A stretch of 20,000 bases of DNA from Chiloscyllium plagiosum (GCF_004010195.1 NC_057711.1:83453930-83473929); one strand, 5' to 3'; counted from the first letter of the stretch, positions 1-9,470 are shown. Numbers and translations: made by a program. The notes: generated from the letters alone by a model not told the origin.

Positions 1-590
1 TGGATGCCCAGTCTTGAATTGCTGGACCTGTTAAGTCTGTCTCATTTAGCACAGGGATTCAGCCACACAGCACTATGGAGGGTGTTATCAATGTGAAGAA
101 AGGACTTTGTCTCCACAAAAACTGTGCGGTTGTCACTTTTACTGATACTGTCATGGACAGCTACATCTGTGGCAAGCAGATTGATAAGAGTGACGTCAGT
201 TCTGATTTGTTGTCGGTTACCTCACTACCTGCCACAGACCCAGTTTAGCAGCTATGTCCCTTATGACTCGTCCAGCTCAGGTGGTGGTGGTGCTGCTGAG
301 CCACTCTTGAAGGTGGACATTGAACTCCTCCACCAGAATACATTTTGCACTCTTGCCACCCTCGATCCTTCCTCCAAGTGCTGTCCAATATGGGAAAGCA
401 CTAATTCATCAGTTGTGGGAGTGCAGTATGTGATAATCAGCAGAACGTTTCCTTACCCCTGTTTGGCCTGAATTCATGAGACTTCTTGAAGGCCACAGTC
501 AGTACTGAGAGTAGCTCCCTCCTGACCGTATATCACTGTCAGGGTTAGAGTGCCAGTGGTACAGGACATACCCAGAGATCATGATGGCAT
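1..590 (-). mobile_element. Decayed non-LTR retrotransposon (CR1/L2-group) ORF2 AP-endonuclease fragment
   Basis: Minus-strand translation gives ..EFNVHLQEWLSSTTTT*AGRVIRDIAAKLGLWQVV..VHDSISKSDNRTVFVETK, i.e. the degenerate GDFN and SDH motifs of APE-type endonucleases, with stops and frameshifts. Confidence 0.8.
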
Positions 591-639
591 TGTAATTTGC
601 AATTTTTCATTTAAGTTATTGTTCTTGCTACTCATTTAA

Positions 640-1258
640 ATGATCTCCTTTACACTGAGAGGACCTAACTTAGCCTGTAGAACAGTTCTATTCAGTCTGC
701 AAGTCGGATTCCAAAATTCTGATCTCCTGTCATTTCAATTTTCCATCCAACTCCTACTCTGATCTTACTGCTCTTGTACCCTATCCGGATCTAATAAATT
801 TAAACATAAGCTCAAAGAACAGCATCTTTTCAATTCAATACCTTACAGTCTTCAGGCTTGATATTGAGTGGAATAATTTCAGATCATAATCTCTGCTCAC
901 ATTTTTCTCTTGGCTGTTGTTGGTAATGATTCTGCTACGGCCATTTACATTTCATCTTTTGCTGCTTTGTATGTCCTATTACTATAGCCTTTACCTTGAA
1001 CAATTCTCCTACCACCAATTAATCTCTCCTACCTTCCACCCAGCACAGACCTTTCCTTTCATCCCTTCCTCACCTCTTTTCTTTCCTTCATTTTTAATTC
1101 TTTAAAAGTTGTTAAAACTCAAAACATTTTCAATTTTGACAAAAATGGTCACTGACCCCAAGTATTAGCTTGCTTCTCTTTCTGTAGAACTGTCATTTCA
1201 GCTGAACATTACATAAATTTACATTTTTATTTCAGATTTCCTGCATTTGCAGTAATTT
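640..1258 (+). mobile_element. Old Penelope-like element 3' fragment (GIY-YIG C-terminus, 3' UTR, degenerate pLTR)
   Basis: VEQFYSVCKSDSKILISCHFNFPSNSYSDLTAL..KHKLKEQHLF is homologous to the minus-strand PLE copy at 4183-4430. The end (1135-1258) resembles the pLTR seen at 3005-3150 and 9972-10110. Confidence 0.7.
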
Positions 1259-1744
1259 TATCCTTGTACACTAGTCTGCATTAAAAAAATGTTTACCTTT
1301 CTCCAAGTTGAGGTGTGGATAGCATGGAGGGAGTTTAAAAGGGAGTGAAAAATTTGTATGTGGGATGGAGGCAGATTTGGAAATGGGATTATGGGATGGA
1401 GTATAATGTGGGTTAGAGCCTGGTCTCTTGTATTTAGTGTTTCTAATATCTGTTCTGAGCCATGTGGGGGCTGGCAGTGATGTGGAGGGGAAAAAGGTTC
1501 TTCTATCTCCCTGTTATTTTGAAAATCTATCTGCACTCTATGATGATTCAAGTTTTACATTCTTTCTGAATTTATTTAAGTTTTCCCTATCTGGGATTAT
1601 ACTATTAATTCTCCAGGCTTCTCAATAAAAACTGCACAATATTCTTGGTTGAAACTCTGAGCACTACAAATTGATTGTTTAGGTGATGATCCATTTGTTG
1701 GCAGGGGAGTGGTTAGTCTCCATACCCTGATGGCAAGGGAAACT

Positions 1745-2195
1745 ACTGGACCCGAAATATTAATTCTGGTTCCTTTCCACAGAAGGGCAGCATGGCGGCT
1801 CAGTGGTTAGCACTGCTGCCTCACAGTACCAGGATCCCAGGTTCGATTCCAACCTGAGGCGACCATCTGTGTGGAGTTTGCACATTCTCCCTGTGTCTGC
1901 GTGGGTTTCCTCCGGGTGCTCCGGTTTCCTCCCAGGGTCCAAAGCTGTGCAGGTCAGGTGAATTGGCCAATGCTAAATGACCCATGGTGTTAGGTGCATT
2001 AGTCAGAGGGAAATGGGTCTGGGTGGGTTACTCTTCAGAGGGTCGGTGTAGACTGGTTGGGCTGAAGGGCCTGTTTCCACACTGTAAGTAATCTAATCTT
2101 AAAAGAAAAGAAGTTGCCAGACCTGCTGAGATTTTCCAGCAATTTTTGTTTTCATTTCTGATTACCAGCATCTGCAGTTCTTTCGGTTTTTTATT
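1745..2195 (+). mobile_element. PLE pLTR fragment interrupted by an HE1 SINE
   Basis: actggacccgaaatattaattctg..ccacagaag (to 1785) resumes as ttgccagacctgctgag..cagcatctgcagttcttt (2114-2195), matching the uninterrupted copies at 3005-3150(-) and 9972-10110(+). Confidence 0.75.
1785..2108 (+). mobile_element. HE1-type tRNA-derived V-SINE, full length
   Basis: Box A-like GGCTCAGTGG and box B GGTTCGATTCC (1840-1850), V-domain core tgtgtggagtttgcacattctccc..gcgtgggtttcctccgggtgctccggtttcctccc, and CR1-like tail gggcctgtttccacactgta. Flanked by AGAAG at 1781-1785 and 2109-2113. Confidence 0.92.
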
Positions 2196-2302
2196 CACTA
2201 TTTAAACATTCCTAATGCACAGTCTAGGTTCAAGGATGTTGGGTGAGGATAAGACATGAGTATTGACTTACTTTGACAAATTCCTGTACTATGGCCATTT
2301 TT

Positions 2303-2420
2303 AAAGCAAAATACTGCAAATGCTGGAATTCTGAAATGAAAAACAAACAATTCTGGAAAAGCTCCGCAGGGCTGACAGCATCTGTGGGTCATCTGATGAA
2401 AGATTACCAAGCTCGAACAT
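2303..2420 (-). mobile_element. Degenerate PLE pLTR/tail fragment
   Basis: 2303-2387 is the reverse complement of the ccacagatgctg..ttccagcatttgcagtattttgcttt repeat. It is followed by a decayed plus-strand ctgatgaa motif at 2393. Confidence 0.6.
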
Positions 2421-2679
2421 GAGGCCAGGTATTCTGATAGCCAGATACTGTGTTTTACACTGGGACCATCAAAAATCTTTGACATAGCTGACACCATTGG
2501 AATTGCCAGGAAAACTGAATTTTCCAATGTTCAATTCTCCTACGCTAAGGACACTGTGAAAAAACTCCATTGAAGTTGGAGAATTTAAGAATTCTGTCTC
2601 ACTTCTGCTCAAAGATTATCCAGAAAACTACACCCAGCTGACCTGACATCACCCTGATCACCCCTCCCATTACCCAACC

Positions 2680-2881
2680 CTCCAATAGGACAGACCCAGC
2701 AGAGGTGGTGGCACAATGGTATATAGTCAAGAGGTAGTTGTCCTTTGAATCCTCAACATTGACTCCAGACTCGATGAAGTTTTATCGCTTCAGGTCGAAC
2801 ATGGGAAAGGAAATCTCTTTCTGATTATCACGTAGTGTCCTCCCTTGGCTAATGAATCAGTACTGTGCCATGTTGAACAAC
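2680..2881 (+). mobile_element. LINE AP-endonuclease fragment, same family as 1-590
   Basis: DRPSRGGGTMVYSQEVVVL*ILNIDSRLDEVLSLQVEHGKGNLFLIIT*CPPLANESVLCHVEQ contains the RGGG and (Y)RPP-like motifs and is homologous to the reverse complement of about 390-560. Confidence 0.75.
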
Positions 2882-2883
2882 GA

Positions 2884-2975
2884 TGTGATAATGAGCAGTT
2901 ATCTATTGTAGTGATATTGATTAATCGAAATATCAGCTATAACACAAGAGGTTAACAACTCCCCTGCTATTCCTC
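2884..2975 (-). mobile_element. Probable Deu-domain SINE fragment (SacSINE1/AmnSINE1-like)
   Basis: The reverse complement agcaggggagttg..atatttcgattaatcaatatcactacaatagataactgctcattatcac resembles the Deu-SINE central domain as I recall it. It is short and diverged. Confidence 0.5.
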
Positions 2976-3004
2976 ACAGCTGGCACTATCTATTACAACA
3001 AGCT

Positions 3005-3152
3005 AATGAAAACCCAATCACTGCAAATGCTGAAGAACTGAAATAAAAACACAAGGTGCTGGAGAAATGCAGCAGGTCTGGCAACATCTGTTGAGAGAAG
3101 AACAGAATTAACATTTTGAGTCCAGTATGACTCTTCTTCAGAACTGAAAAGA
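3005..3152 (-). mobile_element. PLE pLTR with decayed hammerhead motif
   Basis: Minus strand reads AGTT CTGAAGA A GAGTC ATACTG GACTC AAAAT GTT AATT (3145-3106), followed by the cagatgttgccagacctgctg..cagcatttgcagt tail. Confidence 0.8.
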
Positions 3153-3249
3153 AGTGGAAAGATGCAGAGACGCAAATGGAACAGCAGGGCATGTCAAAGA
3201 AAGGTTAGCGGGTAATGGAAACAAGACATTAAAGGTGTCACAGAGGACT

Positions 3250-4030
3250 GTATGTAGAACCGTACGGAGATGTACATTTTTGGTCCCGGCATTTAAGAAA
3301 GAATATCTTGGTACTGGACGCAGTTCAAAAGAGATTCACTACGCTGATTCCGGGGATGAATGGATTGACCTATCAAAAATGACTAAACAGTTTCAGCCTT
3401 TATTCATTAGAGTTTAGAAGAATAAGGGTTGGGTTGAAACATCCAAGCTTTTGAAGGCTTTTGACAGGGTAGACATGTTAAGAAGATGTTTCCACTAGTG
3501 GAGGAATTTTGAACTAGGGGACATAGTTACAGAGTAAGGGGACATTCATTTGAAGCTGAAATGTACAGGAATTACATTTCAGAGAGCAGTGTATGTCTTG
3601 AATTCTCTACCTGAAAATGTGTTGCTGGAAAAGCGCTGCAGGTCAGGCAGCATCCAAGGAGCATGAAAATTGACGTTTCGGGCATGAGCCCTTCATTCCT
3701 GAAGAAGGGCTCATGCCTGAAACCTTTATTCTCCTGTTCCTTGGATGCTGCCTGACCTGCTGCGCTTTTCCAGCAACACATTTTCAACTCTGATCTCCAG
3801 CATCTGTAGTCCTCACTTTCTCCTTGAATTCTCTACCCCAGAGACTTATGGAAGCCAACTCACTGAAAGCCTTTAAAGACAAGGCAGATTGACCTTTGAA
3901 ATATTGCGGAGTTGAGGGCTATGAGGAGCTGGCACAAAAGAGGAGCTGAGACCTTGGGGCAGATCAGCCAAAAGCTTATTGAATGGTAGAGCAGGTTTGA
4001 GGGCCTACTCTTACTCCTATTCATCGTGTT
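3250..4030 (+). mobile_element. CR1-clade LINE 3' fragment (ORF2 C-terminus and 3' UTR), interrupted at 3612-3822
   Basis: FWSRHLRKNILVLDAVQKRFTTLIPGMNGLTYQK*LNSFSLYSLEFRRIR is homologous to the CR1 C-terminus at 6634-7155. The 3' UTR ends in gagcaggtttgagggcctactcttactcctatt. Confidence 0.85.
3612..3822 (+). mobile_element. Short palindromic PLE-derived insertion (inverted pLTR, pLTR and tail) with a 15-bp TSD
   Basis: Arms 3612-3694 and about 3704-3786 are inverted copies. The tail 3787-3822 is on the right only. CTTGAATTCTCTACC is duplicated at 3597-3611 and 3823-3837. Confidence 0.9.
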
Positions 4031-4182
4031 TAAAGCCATCAGACAACTGCTGTAAAACAATGAAAGAGCACTGCTCCAGAATAGGTATTAATACCAGAGT
4101 AAGGAACAGTTTGGACAAAAGCAAAAGGTGGAAACAAGGTAGACTGACTTGGGAATAAAATTTAAAATGGAGTGTGGAGTTC

Positions 4183-5305
4183 TTAGTCTGAATTTGCAGA
4201 GCTCAGTGCTGAGTCCAGACGGCTGTAAAGTTCCTTCTCAGAAAATGAGGTTTCTCCAGTTTGAGTTGAGCTTCACTGGAACACTACTATAGGCCAAGGA
4301 CAGAAGTGTGAGCATGAGAGCAAGGTGGTGAATTGTAACGACACAAAGACAGAAGGTCATGGTCAGATTTATGGACTGAGTGGAAGTGTTCCACAAAGCA
4401 ATCACTCAATCTGTATTTGGTCTCCCCAGATAAGGGGACTGCTTTGTAAACGCTGAGTAAAGTAAGATAAATTGAAAGAAGTACAGGAGACTACCGCTTC
4501 AACTGAAAGGAATGTTTGGGGCCTTGAGCAGTGAGAAGATAAAATGCCAGCTAGGGTGACACAGTTGCTCAGTGGTGAGCACTGGTTGTCTCATAGCACC
4601 AGGGACACGGGTTTGATTCCAGCCTCGGGCGATTGTCTGTGTGGAGTTTGCACATTCTTCCCGTGTTTGCGCGGGTTTCCTCCTGGTACTCGGTTTCCTC
4701 CCACAATCCAAAGATGTGCTGGTTAGGTGAATTGGCCATGCTACGCTACCCATAATGTTCAGGGATGTGCATTAGTTACAGGTAAATGTAGAGTAGTAGA
4801 GGAATGGGTCTGGTTGGGTTATTCTTCATAAGGTCAGTGTGGACTTGTAGGGCTGAATGGCCTGTTTCCACACTGTAGGGATTCTATGATTCACCTGCAA
4901 CTGCATGAGAAAATGCCCTGGGATAAGGATGAGCTGCTAGTGGTGACAGAAGAGTAGACCAGGGTACCACAAAGGGAATGATTCATATGGAATGATGACA
5001 GGAGAGGGAAAGATGTGTTTAGTGCTGGATAAATGCCAAAAGTGGCAGAGTTTGATCCTTTAAATAGGGATGTTGGTGCAGTCCAAATTAAGGACAAAAT
5101 GAATCCTATTGTGCTTTTGGAACAGAGGGGCTGAGGTGAGGGTCAAAATGTAGAGATTTGAAAGACACAGTTGAAGACCCGTCATCCCGAGTTAAGGGGA
5201 TCCTACATTGATGAAAGAAGAAAACATGCTAGATTTGCCATTGTGGGGGGCTGCATCATTGGTACATGTATGACAGAGAAGGAGAGACTGGGAGAATGGA
5301 ATGGG
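4183..5305 (-). mobile_element. Old PLE fragment (RT thumb, linker, GIY-YIG endonuclease), interrupted by an HE1 SINE
   Basis: Minus strand has IPFSQSLLLCHTCTND..MFSSFINVGSP (compare IPYSQFLRLCRICSQED at about 8193) and PYLGETKYRLSDCFVEHFHSV (YIG-type motif), with many stops. Confidence 0.8.
4554..4892 (+). mobile_element. HE1-type V-SINE, full length
   Basis: Same head, core and tail as 1785-2108; ends in cctgtttccacactgtagggattctatgattc. Confidence 0.92.
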
Positions 5306-5415
5306 GATTATGGGAATAGGGTGGGGCAGTCTACGTCTGGGTGGGATGCTCTTTGGAGGGTAAGTGCAGGACTCAGTGGGCCGAATGGCCTCTTTCTGCA
5401 CTGTAGGAATTCTAC
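5303..5415 (+). mobile_element. 3' half of an HE1-like SINE or HER1 tail
   Basis: gtctgggtgggatgctctttggagggt..gggccgaatggcctctttctgcactgtaggaattcta matches the 3' ends of the HE1 copies in this window. Confidence 0.7.
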
Positions 5416-5491
5416 AACTCTACCAAACCTAAATGCTTGGAAACCTCTTTTAACAGCACCTCTGCCTCTTCCTCCACTTCTACTTCTGTCT

Positions 5492-5515
5492 TCTCTCTCT
5501 CTCTCTCTCTGTGTG
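5492..5515. repeat. (TC)n(TG)n microsatellite
   Basis: tctctctctctctctctctgtgtg. Confidence 0.8.
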
Positions 5516-5858
5516 ATGGTTGTAAAACAGCAATTAACTCTCCAGTTGGCTTGCTGGCTATTTAGCTGAAATCACATGGCTTCTTATTAATGCTTTTTTG
5601 AAGTAAAAGTTCAAAATTACTTTCTGACCTTGACTGAACTAAAACAAATGAAAACTTATTTTCACTCACCTTTGAACTTAAATTTTTATATAATAGTATA
5701 TTGAACACAAAAAAAGCAAATTCTATCAAAGCTTTTCATAGATTCTGTAAACTTCAGGACAGCTCACAACAATACAAAAATAGAGAGAAAGCAACATACA
5801 ATCAGTATTCAAAGGGAATACTTTTTGCTTGGAAAGTAGACTCTGATTAGTGGAAGTA

Positions 5859-6022
5859 CAGAGGAGCCTTGATTATCCAGCATTCAGTTTCGGATGATCC
5901 AATCATGATCGCAGGGTCCCAATGCTTTGCTAATTATGTTATCCGGCAGCGATTATCCGGCATTTAATTAACCGAACAAAATATTCCCCACCCATGTCCT
6001 TCGGATAATCAAGGTTCCTTTG
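5859..6022. mobile_element. Tc1/mariner-pogo (Tigger-like) MITE, 164 bp
   Basis: TIR CAGAGGAGCCTTGATTATCC (5859-5878) matches the reverse complement of 6003-6022, CAAAGGAACCTTGATTATCC, at 18/20. TA is duplicated at 5857-5858 and 6023-6024. Confidence 0.88.
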
Positions 6023-6190
6023 TATTGCAATGGAGAATGCACCAGTTGGGTGTTGACTGACATTTAACTGCCAAGTTTTGTTTGAATTTCAAAGCAAGCA
6101 GGCTGATTCAGATTGTTCAAGGCTTTGCACTGAAAAATGAACTCAACAATAGCTTCACATATTTTGTTGAGTTGAAACAGGTATAGAGCG

Positions 6191-7189
6191 TTTTTTTTAA
6201 TATTCCTTGGGTGAGAGCATCACTGGTTGGGCCAGCATTTATTACATTCCAAGAGGGCAGTTAAGAGTCAACCACATTGCCATGGGTCGAGAGTCACATG
6301 TAGGCCAGACCAGGTAAGGATGGCAGTTTCCTTCACTGAAAGAATGTTAGCAAGCCATTTGGGCTACCCCCTGACAATTGACAATGGATTTGTGGTCATC
6401 ATTAGACTCTTGATTTCAAATATTTATTGAATTCAAATTTTACCATCTGCTGTGGTGGGATTTGAACCTTGGTTTCCAGAACATTACCTGAGTTTCTGGA
6501 TTAATAGCGTCATAGAGATGTACAACATGGAAACAGACCCTTCCGTCCAACCTGTCCATGCCAACCAGATATCCCAATCCAATCTAGCCCCACCTGCCAG
6601 TACCCGGCCCATATCCCTCCAAACCCTTCCTATTCATATACTCATCCAAATGCCTCTTAAATGTTGCAATTGTACCAGCCTCCACACATCGTCTGGCAGC
6701 TCATTCCATACACGTACCACTGTCTGTGTGAAAACATTGCCCTGTAGGTCTCTTTTATATCTTTCCCCTCTCACCCCATACCTATGCCCTCTAGTTCTGG
6801 ACTCCCCGACTCCAGGGAAATGACCTTGCCTATTCACCCTATCCATGCCCCTCATAATTTTGTAAATCTCTATAAGGTCACCCCTCAGCCTCCGACACTC
6901 CAGGGAAAACAGCCCCAGCCTCTTCAGCCTCTCCCTGTAGCTCAAATGGTCCAACCCTGGCAACATCCTTGTAAATCTTTTCTGAACCCTTTCAAGTTTC
7001 ACAACATCTTTCCGATAGGAAGGAGACAAGAATTGCGCGCAATATTCCAGCAGTGGCCTAACCAATGTCCTGTACAGCCGCAACATGACCTCCCAACTCC
7101 TGTACTCAATACTTTGACCAATAAAGGAAAGCATACCAAATGCCTTCTTCACTACTCCAACAATAATACCACTAAGCCATTGCCCACCC
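6191..7189 (-). mobile_element. tRNA-derived SINE (probably Meta-domain type), split by a CR1 insertion
   Basis: Head with box A TGGCTTAGTGG (about 7168-7180). The body resumes at 6507 with box B GGTTCAAATCC, central gaaggaaactgccatccttacctggtctggcctacatgtgactc..gcaatgtggttgactcttaactgccctc, and an A8 tail at 6191-6198. The Meta-domain assignment is from recall. Confidence 0.8.
6509..7155 (-). mobile_element. CR1/HER1-like LINE, 5'-truncated 3' fragment, relatively young
   Basis: Open frame VKKAFGMLSFIGQSIEYRSWEVMLRLYRTLVRPLLEYCAQFLSPSYRKDVVKLERVQKRFTRMLPGL..RRLRGDLIEIYKIMRG..RVWNELP is the classic CR1 ORF2 C-terminus. The 3' tail gaagggtctgtttccatgttgtacatctctatgac resembles the HE1 tail. 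Confidence 0.95.
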
Positions 7190-7499
7190 TCCAGTTGTGT
7201 GTACAGGTTGTTTCTGATTTTAAGGAACAAGACTTTCAGTATTAATATATATGCGAGTGTATCACACTTTTGCACATTCAGGATTGTTTAGCAAATGCTG
7301 TCTAACCATGAAATCACATAAATGTTGGACACCTGGTCAGGAGTTTTCTGTGAGCAGAGCGGTTAGGTACAGTCAGGATCTTGTTTATTGTGAAAAATGA
7401 AAGAATATTCCATCTTATATAATCCACCAGTTGTGAAGACATGCAACCTAGCATCACACCTGCACTGAAATTCATATTCACGATACTCATTTGTTCTAC

Positions 7500-7864
7500 C
7501 TATCACACACATATATTTGTACACAGAATCCTTTCTTTGCAGACATAAAGATCATGCACACACATTGTGCATACTTCAACTCAAGAAAATAGGTTACCAC
7601 GATTTCCTGATTCATTTCCCAGGGAAATACTTTGACTAATTAAACTCAAGCTGTCTGTTTCAAATTTAAACAAAGCTTGTCAATTAATTGTTGGTCACCA
7701 TCTTACTGAGGCGTTTTACTTGGCAACACCTATACCAATCTGCACTTGTTTCTAAAACAGTATTGATGCTGTTTTCCTTTTACATTAGTATTCTTATGAA
7801 TTGTCATCATAATGTAAGATGAACAGCTTCCACAGAGTCTGTTGTTTTCTCCAGCAATACTCAA
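7500..7864 (+). mobile_element. Inverted arm (ORF end and pLTR) of the same old PLE family as 5698-7495
   Basis: TYICTQNPFLCRHKDHAHTL is followed by ttcatttcccagggaaatactttgac..aaatttaaacaaagcttgtcaattaattg, which aligns by eye with the reverse complement of 6025-6185. A decayed hammerhead-like tgtc..gaacagcttc lies at 7802-7830. Confidence 0.65.
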
Positions 7865-8369
7865 GCCCAGCTATGCCTGCCTCTTCGTTGGATATGTGGA
7901 ACAGTCCATCTTCCGCACCTACACTGGCACCACCCCCCACCTTTTCCTCCGCTACATCGATGATTGTATTGGCGCTACCTCATGCTCCCACGAGGAGGTT
8001 GAACAGTTCATCCACTTTACCAACACCTTCCACCCTGACCTCAAATTCACCTGGACCGTCTCAGACTCCTCCCTCCCCTTCCTAGACCTCTCCATTTCTA
8101 TCTCGGGCGACCGATTCAACACAGACATTTACTACAAACCGACCGACTCCCACAGCTACCTAGATTACACCTCCTCCCCCTGTAAAAACACCATTCCATA
8201 TTCCCAATTCCTTCGTCTCTGCCGTATCTGCTCCCAGGAGGACCAATTCCACTACGAACTATCCAAAAGGCCACCTTCTTCAAAGACCGCAATTTCCCCT
8301 CCGACGTGGTCGACGATGCTCTCCACCGCATCTCCTCCACTTCCCGCACCTCCACCCCTGAACCCCACC

Positions 8370-8943
8370 NNNNNNNNNNNNNNNNNNNNNNNNNNNNNNN
8401 NNNNNNNNNNNNNNNNNNNNNNNNNNNNNNNNNNNNNNNNNNNNNNNNNNNNNNNNNNNNNNNNNNNNNNNNNNNNNNNNNNNNNNNNNNNNNNNNNNNN
8501 NNNNNNNNNNNNNNNNNNNNNNNNNNNNNNNNNNNNNNNNNNNNNNNNNNNNNNNNNNNNNNNNNNNNNNNNNNNNNNNNNNNNNNNNNNNNNNNNNNNN
8601 NNNNNNNNNNNNNNNNNNNNNNNNNNNNNNNNNNNNNNNNNNNNNNNNNNNNNNNNNNNNNNNNNNNNNNNNNNNNNNNNNNNNNNNNNNNNNNNNNNNN
8701 NNNNNNNNNNNNNNNNNNNNNNNNNNNNNNNNNNNNNNNNNNNNNNNNNNNNNNNNNNNNNNNNNNNNNNNNNNNNNNNNNNNNNNNNNNNNNNNNNNNN
8801 NNNNNNNNNNNNNNNNNNNNNNNNNNNNNNNNNNNNNNNNNNNNNNNNNNNNNNNNNNNNNNNNNNNNNNNNNNNNNNNNNNNNNNNNNNNNNNNNNNNN
8901 NNNNNNNNNNNNNNNNNNNNNNNNNNNNNNNNNNNNNNNNNNN
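8370..8943. other. Assembly gap (574 N)
   Basis: Run of n characters. Confidence 1.
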
Positions 8944-9043
8944 CCTCACCCTCACGTCTTTCCATCTATCGTATTCCCAACACCCCTCCCCCAAATTCCC
9001 TCCCCCCTACCTTTTAGCTCAGCCCACTTGGCACACCAGCCTC

Positions 9044-9079
9044 ATTCCTGAAGAAGGGCTTATGCCCGAAACGTCGATT
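9044..9079 (+). ncRNA. Minimal type-I hammerhead ribozyme motif in a PLE pLTR (intact core)
   Basis: ATTC-CTGAAGA-A-GGGC-TTAT-GCCC-GAAA-C-GTC-GATT: CUGAnGA and GAAA cores, 4-bp stem II, palindromic ACGT in place of stem III, weak stem I, predicted cleavage after C9075. Activity is not shown. Confidence 0.7.
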
Positions 9080-9169
9080 CTTCTGGTCCTCGGATGCTGC
9101 CTGGTGTTGTGTTTTTCCAGCGCCACATTTTTTAACTCTGTACTGTTAAATAATTATTTATGTTGTTCA

Positions 9170-9470
9170 TAACAGCCTATCCCTGGAACAGGGACAAAGA
9201 TGTCAAAGAATGGAAGGCCAAAGTCAGAAATGAACAGGTGACGATCAAAGAAGAGTGGGAAGTGGAAGAAAAATTCTTGAATATTTTCAGCTCTGTATGA
9301 GAGAAGGAAGCAGCACAGATACAGTCATCGATATATCAGAAAAAGAGCTGTGTAAGTTGGCCCGATTAGAATTAGAATAAGGAATTCTCTACAAATCCCA
9401 CAAAAAAGACAGAAGTAAGCCGAATCTATGTGGGTGCCCAGTGGCACAAGTTGAAAAAGGTTAGAGTTTC
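9170..9470 (-). mobile_element. Old PLE RT fragment
   Basis: Minus strand reads FVGFVENSLF*F*SGQLTQLFF*YIDDCICAASFSHTELKIF..SDFGLPFFDIFV, homologous to 7865-8120. YIDD lies at 9324-9335. Confidence 0.8.

Larger units (their letters stand above)
5698..7495 (-). mobile_element. Old PLE of a different family (GIY-YIG and pLTR), split by nested insertions
   Basis: Minus strand has QMSIV/YEFQCRCDAR (about 7450-7493) and QHLLNNPECAK (about 7268-7302). Its 3' part (5698-6190) is an inverted homologue of 7560-7860, including a decayed gtcCTGAAG..GAAAAGCTT motif. Confidence 0.65.
7865..9139 (+). mobile_element. Younger Penelope-like element (Neptune-type RT), 5'-truncated, spanning the assembly gap
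   Basis: PSYACLFVGYVEQSIF..FLRYIDDCIG..FHPDLKFTW..LPFLDL..DIYYKPTDSHSYLDYTSS..IPYSQFLRLCRICS is PLE RT motif C (YIDD) plus thumb. A frameshift near 8255 continues as FFKDRNFPSDVVDDAL. The pLTR follows the gap. Confidence 0.92.

Noticed and set aside
1290..1460. Possible CR1 3' tail remnant
   Set aside because: G-rich and suggestive, but too degenerate to support.
1785..1860. tRNA genes
   Set aside because: The box A/B sequences are SINE heads continuous with SINE bodies, and no full cloverleaf is evident.
1760..1942. Similar short ORFs at 1760-1942, 4499-4753 and 18550-18762 as a peptide family
   Set aside because: These are antisense frames of HE1 SINE copies.
390..2881. Inverted pair 390-560 / 2690-2881 as the TIRs of a large element
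   Set aside because: Both are LINE endonuclease fragments of the same family, better explained as independent or rearranged insertions.
6634..7275. 213-aa ORF as a host gene
   Set aside because: It is the CR1 ORF2 C-terminus read through from unrelated flanking sequence, and the element is 5'-truncated.
7842..9172. Long ORFs of 237-391 aa in the ORF track
   Set aside because: Their length comes from the N gap. Only the PLE RT portion is meaningful, and it is frameshifted.
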